From the NCBI RefSeq assembly GCF_036321535.1, contig NC_087436.1, forward strand, positions 80,912,001 through 80,976,000: 64,000 nucleotides of DNA, given 5' to 3'. How positions within the stretch are numbered: position 1 is the stretch's first letter; every line of letters begins with the position of its first letter. The position numbers were made by a program, and so were the translations under genes. This DNA is from Camelus dromedarius (lineage: Eukaryota). The notes under the pieces are model-generated. The model did no database searches. It was given only the letters and a program-made list of their open reading frames with translations, and was not told where the DNA came from. Positions 1 through 13,350 of the stretch are shown in pieces.

Positions 1-413
1 AAGACTTTGTAAATGTATTTCCCATGTTCACTCACATTAGTCCTGCTTGTTGACGCTGCTGCTGCTGACTGCCTTCTGGGGCTGGTCTCTAGACACAGAA
101 ACGCATAGTCCATGCCATTGATTTTGGATTCAATAAATAAAGCCCTTGCTTCTCTTGCCAAGGCAGAGATCTGCAGTCACTGGTGCTGTCTGGACTGGAG
201 GTGCACATCCACTGCTGTGGTGGCTGGGCAGCGCCATGACCCTCACCTCCACTGAACAGGAACTCCTGCCAGTGTGGGCAGCCAGGCTGATGGCTCAGGT
301 CACCAGTGCTCTCATCAGTCCCAGGTCTTCCACTGCAGAGTAGACATGGGAAGGGCATCCTTCCTCTAGAATATGATTGATTCCTAGGATTCCTTAGCAA
401 TGACCTCAAGATG

Positions 414-1339
414 TTTTTTGTTTGTTTAACATTTTTTATTGATTTATAATCATTTTACAATGTTGTGTCAAATTCCAGTGTAGAGCACAATTTTTCAGTT
501 ATACATGAACATATATATATTCACTATCACATTTTTTTCTCTGTGAGCTACCATAAGATCTTGTGTATATTTCCCTGTGCTATAGAGTATAATCTTGTTT
601 ATCTATTCTACAAAATTTAAAAATCCTGTCTATCCCTTCCCACCCTCCACCCCCTTGGCAACCACAAGTTTGTGTTCTGTGTCTATGAGTCTATTTCTGT
701 TTTGTATTTATGCTTTGTTTTTTGGTTTTTTTTGTTTGTTTTTGTTTTTTATATTCCACATATGAGCGATCTCATGTGGTATTTTTCTTTCTCTTTTTGG
801 CTTACTTGACTTAGAATGACATTCTCCAGGAGCATCCATGTTGCTGCAAATGGCGCTATGTTGTCAGTTTTTATGGCTGAATAGTATTCCATTGTATAAA
901 TATACCACATCTTCTTTATCCAGTCATCCGTTGATGGACATTTAGGCTGTTTCCATGTCTTGGCTACTGTAAATAGTGCTGTTATGAACATTGGGGTGCA
1001 GGTATCATCCTGAAGTAGGGTTCCTTCAGGATATAAGCCCAGGAGCAGGATTCCTGGGTCATATGGTAAGTCTATTCCTAGTCTTTTGAGGAATCTCCAT
1101 ACTGTTTTCCATAGTGGCTGCACCAAACTGCATTCCCACCAGCAGTGAAGGAGGGTTCCCCTTTCTCCACAGCCTCTTCAGCATTTGTCATTTGTGGATT
1201 TTTGAATGATGGCCATTCTGACTGGTGTGAGGTGATACCTTATTGTAGTTTTGATTTGCATTTCTCTGATAATTAGTGATATTGAGCATTTTTTCATGTG
1301 TTTATTGATCATTTGTATGTCTTCCTTGGAAATTGCTTG
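414..1339 (-). mobile_element. 5'-truncated young L1 (camelid-type): ORF2 C-terminus, 3' UTR and poly(A)
   Basis: The minus-strand ORF 749-1126 ([13 protein letters not shown]...WKQPKCPS.DDWIKKMWYIYTMEYYSA) is the L1 ORF2 C-terminus. Reading upstream in frame gives the CCHC motif [17 protein letters not shown] with an in-frame TGA at 1178-1180. T-rich tail at about 414-440. Confidence 0.97.
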
Positions 1340-2529
1340 GAGTTTAGTAAAATATTTCCTTTAGTTAGCAAAATTGGTCCTTTTCTCTTTAGGGTGATAC
1401 AAACCAACCCAGAATCTAGGCAAGGAGAAGCTCCCTGTTTAGATGTGCATCTGGAACCACATCTCCTCTCTGACCTTCAAACTCTGTGCAAATTCTCCTC
1501 AACCTTTTTATATCTTTTCCTTAGATTAATTCTCTCTCAAACCCCTGCTGATCCTGCTTGAAATTTGACTTCTGTTTGCCTACGCCTCAATTTTCTAGGT
1601 ATGTTCATATGCAATCATAGTTTGGGAGCTCCTCAGCGTTTGTGTAAGTCAGCTGGCACAGCTCAGTCTGGGTTCAGGGAGGAGTGTGATGCAAAGGAGT
1701 TGCATGAGTCAAAAACCCAGTTGCACAACTCGGCTGGGATGATCTTTATGTATGAAAAAGTGAGCCTTGTTCTCTGTGATTCTTGGAATCTGTGGGTGGA
1801 CAGTTGTAATTAAAAAGATTCCTCATGTGATTGTGATGCACTTTTCTGTGAAGACAGAGTAGGAAGGAAGGGGATATGTGGGTGTTGAGGGGTACCTCAC
1901 TCATACGCTATACCAAAAAATCACCGTCACTGAAAGGGTATATTATAAATCTCAAGTATTAGAGCAATGTGCCCAGCTTAATTACTCTTAGGCAGGGATT
2001 AAAGTCAGTGCAGCAGAATTCTCAGAATGGGTGTAAGGGATTTGAGGAACAAGAGCCAGGGAAACCTCTGCTTACAGTTTCTCCAGGGCTTTCGTTTATC
2101 CTGGTTTTATTGTGCTCTCAAGTCTGGCTCCTCCAAACATCATGGTTTAATTATATACCCGTCAGTTTCTGAGATCATGTCTCAGGTGGGCTTTTATGTT
2201 TTTCTCACTCTATAGGTGTGGTTGGTGTGATGACTTATTTTTTACCTCTTAAAAATTTTTTTCTCCAATATTTTAGAGAATATAGTTGTAGCTAGATATG
2301 TAGTCCAGTGTTACTCTAGCTATACTGGTCAGTGGAAGATGCCAGAATCAGCTCATAAGAGAAGAAGAGGCCACAGGAGACTGGGCAGTGGCCTTCTGGA
2401 GAGATGTTCTTCAGAATGTGCAGCTGATGGACACATCTGGTGCCTGAAGCTGCAGCAAAGCAAGAACAAATTTGGATTCTTTAGCGTCATGTGGAGATTT
2501 GCCAGGTCAGTAATAGGTGCGGTGAAATC

Positions 2530-2925
2530 ACAGAATTAGAGAAGTTTGGAGCTAGAAGGGAACTTCTAAATCAGTGGCTTTCTGGCTGTGTTAACTAAAA
2601 CCTGCAATAGGACATACATTTTACATCATGACTCAGTATCCACATCGGTGTGTCCAAAACAAAAGTTTCACGCACGTACACACAAACACACACACACACA
2701 CAAATAATAGTAATTACATTTACCATAGGGAAGCAGTTGTTCTCTATTCTATTCTTGCCTCACTAAATTAATTTGATATTCCATATGTAGCTGTGAACAG
2801 AAACCATAAAGCGTTAATGCAGATCACCTTGACCAGCCTTTCATTTTGTAGAAGAAATGATAGCCCTAGTGATTAAGTGAATTTCAGTCTCTGTGGCCAG
2901 GTAGACCTAGAACCCAGGTCTTTCC
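2530..2925 (-). mobile_element. MIR/MIR3 SINE split by a hAT-type MITE
   Basis: gagctagaagggaacttc...[insert]...cagatcaccttgaccagcctttcattttgtagaag...ctagaacccaggtc follows the MIR3 reverse-strand pattern. Confidence 0.6.
2572..2819. mobile_element. hAT DNA transposon relic (MER119-like) with internal (CA)n
   Basis: Starts cagtgg; contains atacattttacatcatgactcagta, aaacaaaagtttcacg, ctattctattc and cactaaattaattt. Family assignment is from memory. Confidence 0.5.
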
Positions 2926-3902
2926 ATTCTTCTGGGCGTGATTTATTCTCAATACTGGTATATAGTTAGTAGTGTAGGGCATTGGTTTGTAAAGTTTCTG
3001 TTGGACAGCATACATGTTGGGCTGCTTAAGGATTATAATTGTAACTGTATATTAAAATTATATTGTTTAGATAATTATATACACAAAATCTTTGGTTGTC
3101 GTCCACTTTTAGTATGCATGCAAAGAAGGAACAGGCAGAGGCTCAACAAGAGGAATGAATCTGGGAGCTACTCTTGAGAACTAGGATTTTGGCTTCCTTG
3201 TTCATCTCTGTAGTCAGATTTCCTTGACTCCCAGGCTAATCCACGGTGAGTCACCACCCTGCATGGCCTAGAGAAGAATTAACTAGAGGATACCTTTTAT
3301 GTGAAAAGAAAAAGACCTGTCCTCTGGAAAGGGGCTTTGAACAGCCTTAACTCCTAACTGGTCTTTTGTTAGAAGTTGGTGCCTGTCAGATAACCCCTCT
3401 TCCTTAAGAGCCACTCTGACACTCTTTCTGCCCTCAGTGAGTGGACTTTGCATCTAGCATGTGTTGTGTAGTTCAAATTGCTTTGCCAGTAGGTGGTATT
3501 GAGTTGTAATGAACTCATATGCTCCCGCTTCAGTCCCGTGGCACACAGTACAAAACACATGGCTGACGAAGTATTCTGCAAAGGGCTGTCATCAGGTCAT
3601 CAGTACCGAGTACTTGATGTGTCTTTTAGGAATGTAGGATCCTGAACCCTACCTCAGATCAACCCAGCCGGACTCTCGGGGTGAGCCTGGGAATCCATGT
3701 CTTTGACAACCTTTTCTTCCATAGACACTGGCTGGTGTTGTGAGGCCCATGTGGGCAGGCCTGATTTTGGTTTTGCTCATACTCCATCTCTAGTAAGTGG
3801 CACAGAGACACTTAAGAATGCTTTCTTAAGTGAATAGCTGACCTCATACTTCACTATCTCCGATGTTCGAGGCAGCTGATCCACCAGCATCTCAGCAAAG
3901 CG

Positions 3903-4107
3903 TAGTGAGACAGTAGGTGGCTCTGGAGCCTGGCTGCTTCCACCGCTTTGCAGCTGTTAACCTTGAGCAAGCTGCTCAACATTTCCTAGCCTAAAACCCT
4001 TACCTGATAAAATAGAGATGACACTGCTCCCTACCTGGAATTTGGCTTAAGGATTAACTGAGTTAATACATACAAAGTACTTAGCGCACCAGGCAGATAA
4101 TGTAAGC
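3903..4107 (+). mobile_element. MIR SINE
   Basis: ggctctggagcc...accttgagcaagctgctcaac...taaaatagagatga...aaggattaactgagttaatacatacaaagtacttag. Confidence 0.8.
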
Positions 4108-4146
4108 CATGGGATTGTCCGTATGTGTTAGATACATTCCTGGGCG

Positions 4147-4272
4147 TTATCTTTCTATCCTTGACCCTATCAGATGGTCCTCACAGATGAGGCAACTAAC
4201 TTAATGAAGTTTTAGTGACTTAGCCAAGTCACAAAGTCTTGTAGATGTGAGACTGGATTCAAACCCAGGTAT
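4147..4272 (-). mobile_element. MIR SINE fragment
   Basis: acagatgaggcaact...agtgacttagccaagtcaca...ggattcaaacccaggt (MIR core, reverse orientation). Confidence 0.7.
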
Positions 4273-4515
4273 TCCAAGGAGCAGCTCAGAGGCTCTCCCA
4301 GCAGCACAGCTGCCTGCTCCCCTTTCTGCTAGTTCTCACACCTCCTTTGTATGGAAATAATTGCACTGTTTCCCGAACATTAACAGAATGTCTTCAAGAC
4401 TTGTCTTCTTATACACTCAAGCTGGCACACCCCCCTCATTTACAAGGTGCTATCTGGTCCTCACTGCCCTGGTGTGGAAGGAAAAAAAGAACAATCTGTA
4501 CTCATTCCTCCAACC

Positions 4516-4731
4516 CTGGTTTCTCAATCTCGAACCTATTGACACTTGGGGCTGGATAATTCTTTGTTAAGAGGACCATCCTGGGCACTGCAGAATGTGA
4601 AACAGTATCCTTGCCCTCTACCTGCTAGACGCCGTCTATCTACTCATTGCCATCCTGTTTGACAACCAAAAATGTCCCTAGACATTGCCAAATGGCTTCT
4701 GAGAAGCAAAATCACCCCTGGTTGAAACTCT
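4516..4731 (-). mobile_element. MER20 (hAT-Charlie MITE)
   Basis: tttctcaatctc...attgacacttggggctggataattctttgtt...tgacaaccaaaaatgtccctagacattgccaaatg...aaaatcacccctggttgaaac matches MER20 over its length. Confidence 0.9.
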
Positions 4732-6374
4732 GCTTTAATTTGTTGTATCTCATTCTGTCTCTCCCTTTTCAGTCACCTCCATCTAATTCCTCTCTGTTGT
4801 TTATCCTCTCAACTAGCTTCTCATTTAACCCCCAACACAGACAGAAGCAGTGGTCCCTTTCAAAACACATACTTTCTTGTGCCTAAAATTCCACCATCCC
4901 ATCATAGCTTTGCACAGCCTTTGAACATGCAGATCTCAGGGGAAAAATTTCATGCTGTCAATTATTAAAAATTTTAATGATTTAGTTTTAATGTGTATAT
5001 CTTTTGTGGCAAATAGATGATGGGATAGACACAGAACATGATTATTTATGTATTTTTCCAACAGCACTTAATGCAATGCCTTATGTATATAATGCTTAAT
5101 AATATTTGTTGAGTTGATGAATGGATGGATGAATGCATGAATAGATTAAAGAAGGAATAGGGGAAGGGAGGCCCCAAGAATAGATTGTTTTTCTAATAAA
5201 TATGAGAGAAAACATTGTTAAAAGTGATTTTATTTCTTTCAACAAAAGAAGAAATCTGGATATGTTCAAATTAGTTGAAAAAATGGAAACTAGCAGAGAT
5301 GGAGATATTATAGAAGATACTGAAGTACTTGGAGGAGTCAGGTCTCAGAGAAGATGGATAGAAAGGGGATAAAGTTCCTAGATGGAAGAGTTGTCTTTGC
5401 AAAGGGACTTTTGAGGTGACCTTTCCTTTCCTTTTCTGAATAAATATTATCAATGGGAAAAAGCAAAATCTTTTGAAAGTAAATGAAAATTCTAGCAGAA
5501 ATGTGGTGCCTACCCCCCCCCCATTTTATTTCTGTGTTTTAAGCTTGGAATGGCTTGAGTTAAACTGATTTATTCTCCTTCTCACGCCACTTGCAGTTAA
5601 GGACTGTTCGGCATCAGGCAGCATCACCAGCTATTTGTCTTAGGTTTTTAGTTGGCACCATTTTCCAAGGTTCTGTTTCTAAATTAGAGATTTCATTTTA
5701 GAAAGGACACAGCCCTAATTTGCAAAAGGTGATGCTGTGCCATCTTAAAAACAAAAGCTGGCTTGTGAATTTATGTTTTAGTTTTTAAATTCTGTGCATG
5801 ACCGTAGAACATCAATGGAAAGCCTCCCAGTTTCTGTATTAGATGAGGATATGTTGCATTGCCAAAACATTAGCTCTTTGCTGGTTGTTGAAATTTGGAA
5901 ATTTTGAAAGCAATTTATGCATTTGTGTGAGACCAGCTACATTTAATCTGTTTGACAAGGATAAGTTACAAATGACTTGTTTAATAGATCAACTGCATGA
6001 AATGAAATGCAAATGAGGAGATGATGAGTGCAGGGTAAGTCCTCTGTCCTTTGCCAACAGAAGAAATGGCGAAGCAGATTTTGAGCACACTTGCTGAGCC
6101 AATCCTGAATCAGATCAATAATGCTCACAGCAGAAATAAGATTTTTTGTTGTCATTGATTATAATATATAATGCATTGCTAGGGTTCAAGTGTAGCTGGG
6201 TAGCAGGTGCTTGATGTCAGAAAGAGAGCCACAGCTTCCCTGCAGCCCAAGGAATCAGACTCCAAGTGCTTCAACAGATGAGCTCCTTGTGGCAAAGGGT
6301 ACACTGGACTGGAAATGGCTGCAGTGTCTGTGTCCGCTTCCTTGTGGAGGTGCCTCAAGAGTGCCAGCTACCAA

Positions 6375-6548
6375 GTCTCCTGCCTGGATTCCAATCCTGG
6401 CTACGTGTAATTGCTAACTGTTTGATCTGCAATGCATGACTGATAATGGCACCTAATTTGTGGAACTTCTGTGAGGATGGAATGAAGTACCCGTGTAAAG
6501 AATAAGCACAGTGCCTCAGAATCAGCCCTCAGTCAATGTTACTATCAT
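6375..6548 (+). mobile_element. MIR SINE
   Basis: cctggattccaatcctggct...gataatggcacc...tgtgaggatggaatga...tgtaaagaataagcacagtgcct...caatgttactat. Confidence 0.7.
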
Positions 6549-9371
6549 TCTTCTTGCTTTTGATTATTTGGAATAGAAAACGTAAAAGTGCAACCCGTGC
6601 AATGGAAAGAAACTTGTAATATTTTTAGCTCTAATTGTATTTTAGAAAACCTGCCCTGATCAATCCCTGAAATTTAAGAAACAACCAAGCAAGCAGCCAA
6701 GCAAGCACACAGAACAAATAGCAGCAGCACCACCACCACCACCAGTGATTTAAAAGCTTCGAGGCTGGGCAGACCACACCATCCAGCTGGGAGCTAGGAT
6801 CTCTAATAGTGGAGGGCTTTGTCCACCACAGAACACTCTGTGCTTCTGAAACGTACGGTTCGGGGTTGGTCACTATGTCTGCTTTGCCCGTTTTCACACT
6901 GTGATTCTCTTCCCTGTACTTAGAGCACCGTGGGAAGGGGTGATCCTGGCACCTGGAAAAGAGCACGGCATTGTCTCTGAGATGAGACACTGCAACGTAA
7001 GGGACTGGCTGGGGAAGGGACTGGCTGGTGGGATGAATTTTTGGTGAATTAAGATATTGTTTGATTCTGATTTGGACCTGGCAGAAATCCGGACTTGCAT
7101 CATGTTCAAAGATGCGCAATATCACATTGTGGGCTGCCAGGAATAGGTGCTGTCATGAGAGTAATGGAAGAGAGCTGTCACTCAGGGGCTGACAATCCTG
7201 CTAGCCAGTGTGAGACCAGAACATGAACTGGTGTCAGCGGTGCTGCCTTCCTATCCTGAGTTCAGATGCCAGCAGGGTGCTGCTGAGAGAGTCACGGTCT
7301 TTGTGGACCTCAGCTTCCTCCTGTGTAAAATGAGAGATTCTGACTGGGGGGCCTCTAAGATTCCTTCATGGCCATGATTTGATGATTTGCATAGAAGTAA
7401 TCGTATCCAAGCACACAGGAAAGCAGAGTGGAAATAAGGAAAAGAAAGAGAATGAGAGAATCTAAAAGCTAGGAAAGTATGGAGACCAGAGAGAGAGAGA
7501 AGGAGGAAAGCAAAGGCAAGGGCAGATCAGCGAGAGGAGAGAAAACAGAAGACAAACCAAGTCGACCGTGGGAAGAGATGTGGCGAACAAGCGCTGTAGC
7601 TCTTGCGTTGGTCAGTGGAGGAGCTGATCTGAGGAGAAGAGACTCTGTGGTGATTACTGTCCTTTGTGCTGCACGGTCTCACTTAGCAAGTCTGACATTT
7701 GCTGTTAGAGAAGTGGAAGAAACGAAACCTTTGGGTAGATAATTGGAGATTGCTTGAGGGAGGACAGAGGGAGATTGCGGGTGGGGGTAGTGATGCCAAG
7801 GGACTGGGGAAAAGCAATCGGAAGGGAGAATGAGGCTTTCCCATCTCCCGCACTATCTGCTCCCCCGGGCCCTGCACTTGGGGTCCCTCTGTGCCAAGAG
7901 TTCCCTCCCTCTTCTGGGCAGTTCCTGCTGTATTTATACAGGGCGAAAAAATAGGGGTTCTTTTCTCTGGTAGCTCTGACTCTGTAAATGTAGTGAGTCT
8001 ACAGAATGTATCCATCAGGGTAGAGTCTGGTGTTCCCAGAAGTCACACTCCAGGCATCCTAACAATTTCAACTCCCATTTACCTAGACTATTGTTAAGTC
8101 CACATTCTCAGGGAGAAGAGGAAAGATAAGTAATTTGAATTCCTTATTTTTGTCTGAATATGCATCTTGATGGATAAATCTGTTAATTAAGGGGTCTTCA
8201 ATGAGGCAGGACTTTTATTGTTCCCAAACTCTATGGAATCGCCCAATCAAAGTCTGTACGTTGTACAACCGTAAGAACTACAAAGAAATAAAAGTGGTAA
8301 CAGGTTCTCAGAAGGAATAAGAAAAGTAGTATTGAGCTGATGTTTATACAATGTCGGAAAGTGGGCTACTGAAAAACCCGGCTTGCGGTGAAGTGGAGGT
8401 GTCTATTCTGCCACGTTAATGATACTGATGCTCAGAATCCAAGTGTACAAATTGCAAACTCCTTAACTTCTAGAATCTTAAGTAGATTCTAGTATTTTTT
8501 AGTTTTTATTGTCCTTATTTTTTCTAATATATTCTGATACATTAATTTTCATTAATCTTTCAATGAAATGTCTTCTTTCAAATGACATGGGTTAGGGAAT
8601 TGGTCCAGGTGTGAAGACTTACAGTGAAAATGACTATTCAGTCCAGACATGGGTCAAAGTTGCTTTCACATTAGTAAATCACTAATTTACTAGGCAACTA
8701 GTTAAGCAAAGACTATCTACCAGAGAAGATCACAAGTGAGTGGACACAGTGTTCTAATGTCTTCTACTTCTTCACAGAAGAGTGTGCACATTTCAGTGGC
8801 CACTTCTGCTTGTGGTAGTGGGAGATGCTTATTTTGAAGGAGCTCAGAGACTGGTTTAAAAACTAGACAGGGTATAGCACTGTATCAGTACTTGAAAGCT
8901 GCTTTTTCCTGTCCAAGCCTTAGGTTCTTTGCTGTGTCATTACTTCTATATCCAAGATCTCTTTCTTACTCATCACTGGTCAAAGCAGATTTAACTGTGA
9001 GCTAACATATGGTTATGGCCCTTAAAGGTAGTTTTGTGAATTTCTGTTATGATACATTGGCTAGCTGGTGATATTTTAACTGCCCTGCTGACATATATGA
9101 TTACTTTTACTAACTCAGTAAAGACTCAATAAAAGTCAAATCATTTTATATTTTTGTTCAAACACCTAAAAGGCAAAGAATTTAAACATGTTGCCTTTGA
9201 TGAATCATATGCCTTGTTATGAAGACAAAATTGTCCAGCAGATACAAATCCATGTTTGTAGAAGTCACGTGTTGCCAACATTCCTAGAAGCTGGTGCAAT
9301 ACGGCAGGAACCTCACCACTAATCTCCAGTACTCGAAGATTCTACAGCTACAACTACTGACAAACTTTTCT

Positions 9372-10165
9372 TTTTTTAAAATATATGTGTATATATTTAT
9401 TTATTGAAGTGTAGTCAGTTTACAATGTTGTGTCAATTTCTGGTGTACAGCATAATGCTTCAGTCATACATGAACATACATATATTCGTTTTCATATTCT
9501 TTTTCATCATAAGTTACTACAAAATACTGAATAAAGTTCCCTGTGCTATACAGTATAAACTTGTTTATCTATTTTATATATATTAGTTAGTATCTGCAAA
9601 TCTCCTGCAAATCTCAAACTCCCAGTTTATCCTTTCCTGCCCACTTCCCTCCCTGGTAACCATAAGTTTGTTTTCTATGTCTATGAGTCTGTTTCTGTTT
9701 TGTAAATATGTTCGTTTGTCTTTTTTTTTTAGATTACACATATAAATGATATCATATGGTATTTTTCTTTCTCTTTCTGGCTTACTTCACTTAGAATGAT
9801 GATCTCCAAGCCCATCCATGTTGCTGCAAATGGCATTATTTTGTTCGTGGCTGAGTAGTATTCCCTTGTAGAAGTATACCACAGCTTCTTTATCTAGTCA
9901 TCTGTCAATGGACATTTAGGTTGTTTCCGCGTCTTGGCTATTGTAAAGAGTGCTGCTATGAACACTGGGGTGCATGTATCTTTTTGAATTAAGATTCCCT
10001 CTGGATATATGCCCAGGAGTGGGATTGCTGGACCATATGGTAAGTCTATTTTTAGTCTTTTGAGGACCTTCCATACTGTTTTCCATAACAGCTGCACCAA
10101 ACTGCATTCCCACCAGCAGTGTAGGAGTGTTCCCTTTTCTCCACAGTTTCTCCCGCATTTATTGT
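9372..10165 (-). mobile_element. 5'-truncated young L1 with 14-bp TSD
   Basis: Degraded ORF2 C-terminal ORFs (9894-10100 [13 protein letters not shown]...KQPKCP), L1 3' UTR and T-tail. TSD TGACAAACTTTTCT (9358-9371) / TGACAAACTGTTCT (10166-10179). Confidence 0.96.
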
Positions 10166-10179
10166 TGACAAACTGTTCT

Positions 10180-10568
10180 GAGGGATTGGATTATTGTTCC
10201 CCACCTTCACTCTCATCCTGTAATAGGAGAACACATTTACAGCCTTTGCAGTACCTCCCCATAGAGCAGGCGGGGTGTACATCCCCACCCCATTGACTTC
10301 GGGCTTGGTGATGTGACTTTTTGGCTGTTGAAATGTTAGCAGATGTTACATGAACTGAGGTTCCAAATGTGTGTGCGTGGTTAGGTGTGGTTTCTCATCC
10401 TTCTGCCATCTAAATACTCTGGGAAGCCACTGGTCCCAGGAAGAGAAGCATGTGGGGCAGACATAAAACTGAACTTGCCCTGCAGATTGAAGCTTGTTAT
10501 TCAGTGAGATTTAGGGGGGGGGGTTGTGTATTAGATAGCATTTTCATAGCAGAACTCTGGCTAATATA
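10180..10568 (+). mobile_element. ERVL-MaLR solo LTR (MLT1H/I/J-like)
   Basis: ccccattgacttcgggcttggtgatgtgactt...gaaatgttagcagatg...atgtggggcagac...tgagatttagggg...gctaatata. Confidence 0.7.
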
Positions 10569-11768
10569 TCTAGAATTTTATTTTGCTATTTGAACTCATT
10601 TTTTCTACGAGGTTTATAAATAATAATGGACACATCTAAAGAGATGTGGTAAGGTTTCTCTGCAAGATCTCAATAAAGGCTTTTGGAGGTACAGTTTGTT
10701 TCTTTTGGAAGTGTCCCTACATTGAGATGAGCTTTAGAGAAAAAGCAAGAAAGCTTATTTGAGTGATTCTTTGTCCTCACACATACAACATTTTTTTTTT
10801 AGTGGTATTTTCCATCTGAAAGTAGTTCCTGGCCTACTGATTTGAAAATACAGTCTATGTTCTGTTACTTTAGATACCTGAGCACCAAGAATGCATACAT
10901 GTGAAGTAACGTTTTTAATTCTTTTCAAGATGTAAAAAGGCCAATTTGAACAGTCTAATGCAATTTCTCATTTTAGAATACCTTGCTGCTTGTATGCCAT
11001 GTCTGTATCCTTCCAGCAGACATTGTTACAGTCTGTTTAGACAAAGGCATTGACACTTCCTGCCACTGGCCAGTTTGGCTTAATCCAGTCCCTGGCGAAC
11101 GTAGATGGTACGTTAACCACCATCCCGCTTCTACCAGCAGGTGGGGCTATAGAGTAAGTCATGTCCCAGCAAGGTCAATCAGCCGGCATTTGCTACCAAA
11201 TGACTGTCTTCCCATGACTGTTCAGCTGGCTTACCTCTGTTGGCCCAGTGATCAAGCTATTTGTGTAGATGAGCCTTCCGGTTTTCGTTTGTAATTTAAC
11301 TACCTCTTGTGACACTGGTCAGCTTGATTGGAACTCTGTTATCCTCCCTAACTTGTCAAATTCTTGTCTGTCAGGGATCTGGACTCTTCTCCATACCTAC
11401 AGATAGATACAGACCACTCTATACATCTAGATCATAAGTGGGATTCCACCCACCTGACTCTTCCCATCGTCCCATGATTGTGCCTGTGCCTATGCTGAGG
11501 TTGCCTACATTTTAAACTGGATCTCTTCACACTTGAGGTGAGTCTCTTGGTCACAAATGAGATCTCCTGTGCTGGGTTACTGACTGCTGCAGTTGGATGT
11601 GAGTCCTTCACCGGCTTGGTTATCACTAGTATCAGCCCGGGTCTGTCTCCTTCAGGCTACAGCTCCATTCTCTGTCTCACCGTCTGCATTGCTGACATTC
11701 TCCTTGATGCATGTTTCTAAAATAGGACTTTAGTTCCCTTGGTCTACTTTTAATAAAATATCCCTTCA

Positions 11769-12165
11769 TGTATGACGTCGCTAGGGCTACCATAATGGAA
11801 GGACACAAAGAAGGTGACTTAAACGATAGAAATTTATTTTCTCACAGTTTTGGAGGCTAGAAGTTCAAGACAAAGGTGTGGGCAGGGTTGTTCTCTTCTG
11901 AGGCCTCCCTCCTTGGTTTGCAGCTGGCCGTCTTCTGGCTGTGTCCTCACACGTGTGTCCCTCTGTCTGTGTGGTCTGTGTCCTAACTTCTCATTCTTAT
12001 AAGGACACTTATAGTCATATTGGATTAGGGCCCAGCATAGACTCTGTTTTGACTTAATTGCCTCTTTAAAGGTCCTGTCACCAGTCACATTCTGAGGTAT
12101 CGAGTTGGCGGGGGCAGAGGCACTTCAACATACGAATTGTGAGGTGACACAGTTCAGCCCATAAA
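11769..12165 (-). mobile_element. MLT1B solo LTR (ERVL-MaLR)
   Basis: Full-length pattern gctagggctaccataa...agaaatttattttctcacagttttggaggctagaag...cttataaggacac...agtcacattctgaggta...ttcagcccataa. Probable 5-bp TSD CTTCA (11764-11768) / CCTCA (12166-12170). Confidence 0.92.
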
Positions 12166-12819
12166 CCTCATTTTCCAAATAAAAATGGTTTTTATTTTTA
12201 GTTTTGATTACATCAGATTTATTTTGAAGCATTTTACTTCAACTTCAAATAATGATCACATAGCATGCAGCTTTATCCTTGATTCCTTAAGATGCTGACA
12301 AGGAGATGCTGATCATTGGAATTTCCAGTGATGGATGTAGTTAGTCTTCTGCTCACTTATTTTGAAGAATTTGCAGAACTGTTACAACTGGATTATCATT
12401 ATGTAACAAGATTACCCAGGAAGCAGTGATATAAATTACACGTGGTGTTTATTGCTAGGTGTCAGAAGTGGATGGAGAGGGAAGAGTGTGGTGATAAAAG
12501 AGGTGTGACTGGACTTAGAGTCTCTTAGCAACAGCAGTACTTAAGAGGGAATCAGTCCAAGCTCTGCCACTCTCTTCAAGCCTCTGCCTCATCTGTATGT
12601 TGTGAATCTGAGTCTTCAGGCTGTGTATTCTCTCCCTCAATCTCCTAGCTCCTCACGCATAAACTTGCTCCATCTACTATTTGCTCCTCCACATTTGCTT
12701 GCAATTCTACTCTTTCATACCCCCTTATGTGTTTTACTTTATCATCTCCTCTTTTCCAGATTCTCAAATTTTTCTCCTCCCCATCAACTTCTCATCCATT
12801 TTTATACATAATGAAGGTT

Positions 12820-12965
12820 TGCTCATATATCAATTTTGCTACATAAAAATCTACCCAAAATTCAGTGACTTACAACAGCACCATTTATTTAGCATATGAG
12901 CCTGTAGGTGGTCTAGACTGGGTTTGGCTGAGCAGTGTTCTCTGGTGTCAGATGGGCTCCCTGCC
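12820..12965 (-). mobile_element. MLT1-type LTR fragment
   Basis: ttgctacataaaaatctacccaaaattcagtgacttacaacagcaccatttattt...ctgggtttggctgagcagtgttctctgg. Confidence 0.6.
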
Positions 12966-13059
12966 TGGTGAAGGGCTTGGGAAATGACATTCTTATCCTT
13001 ATCATCTGGTGTCCAGGCCCCACCCTTCCCCAGTTCCACAGAAACTGACCCTATAAGAA

Positions 13060-13350
13060 CACAATGACCTACTTAATTACTAAAACTAGTGGAGGATTTC
13101 AAACCTAATCTTACTTGGTTGTCTTTCAGCATTGGTACCAATGATGCACTATCTTTGTGAAATAATTTTTCCCCCATTGGTTTTTAAGAGTTCTTTTCTT
13201 CTTTAATTTTCAGTTTTTTAGTTTCCTCTCACTTATTTTACTTTTCTCATCCCTTGAATGCTAGTTCTTCCCAGGGCTCCATACTCAGAGCTTGTCTCGC
13301 TTGTCTTCTCTCTCTAAACAGTTGTGTTTGCTCCCACGGTGTCAGTTGCC
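13060..13350 (+). mobile_element. L2 fragment
   Basis: caatgacctac...aatcttacttg...tcagcattgg...cccttgaatgctagttcttcccagggctccatactcag. Confidence 0.6.

Noticed and set aside
749..1126. 125-aa ORF as a functional gene
   Set aside because: It is the L1 ORF2 C-terminus in a 5'-truncated copy, with an in-frame stop just upstream and a non-ATG start.
6631..7125. 164-aa minus-strand ORF
   Set aside because: No recognisable protein features; the WWWWWCCC run comes from a (CAG)/(CAC) simple repeat.
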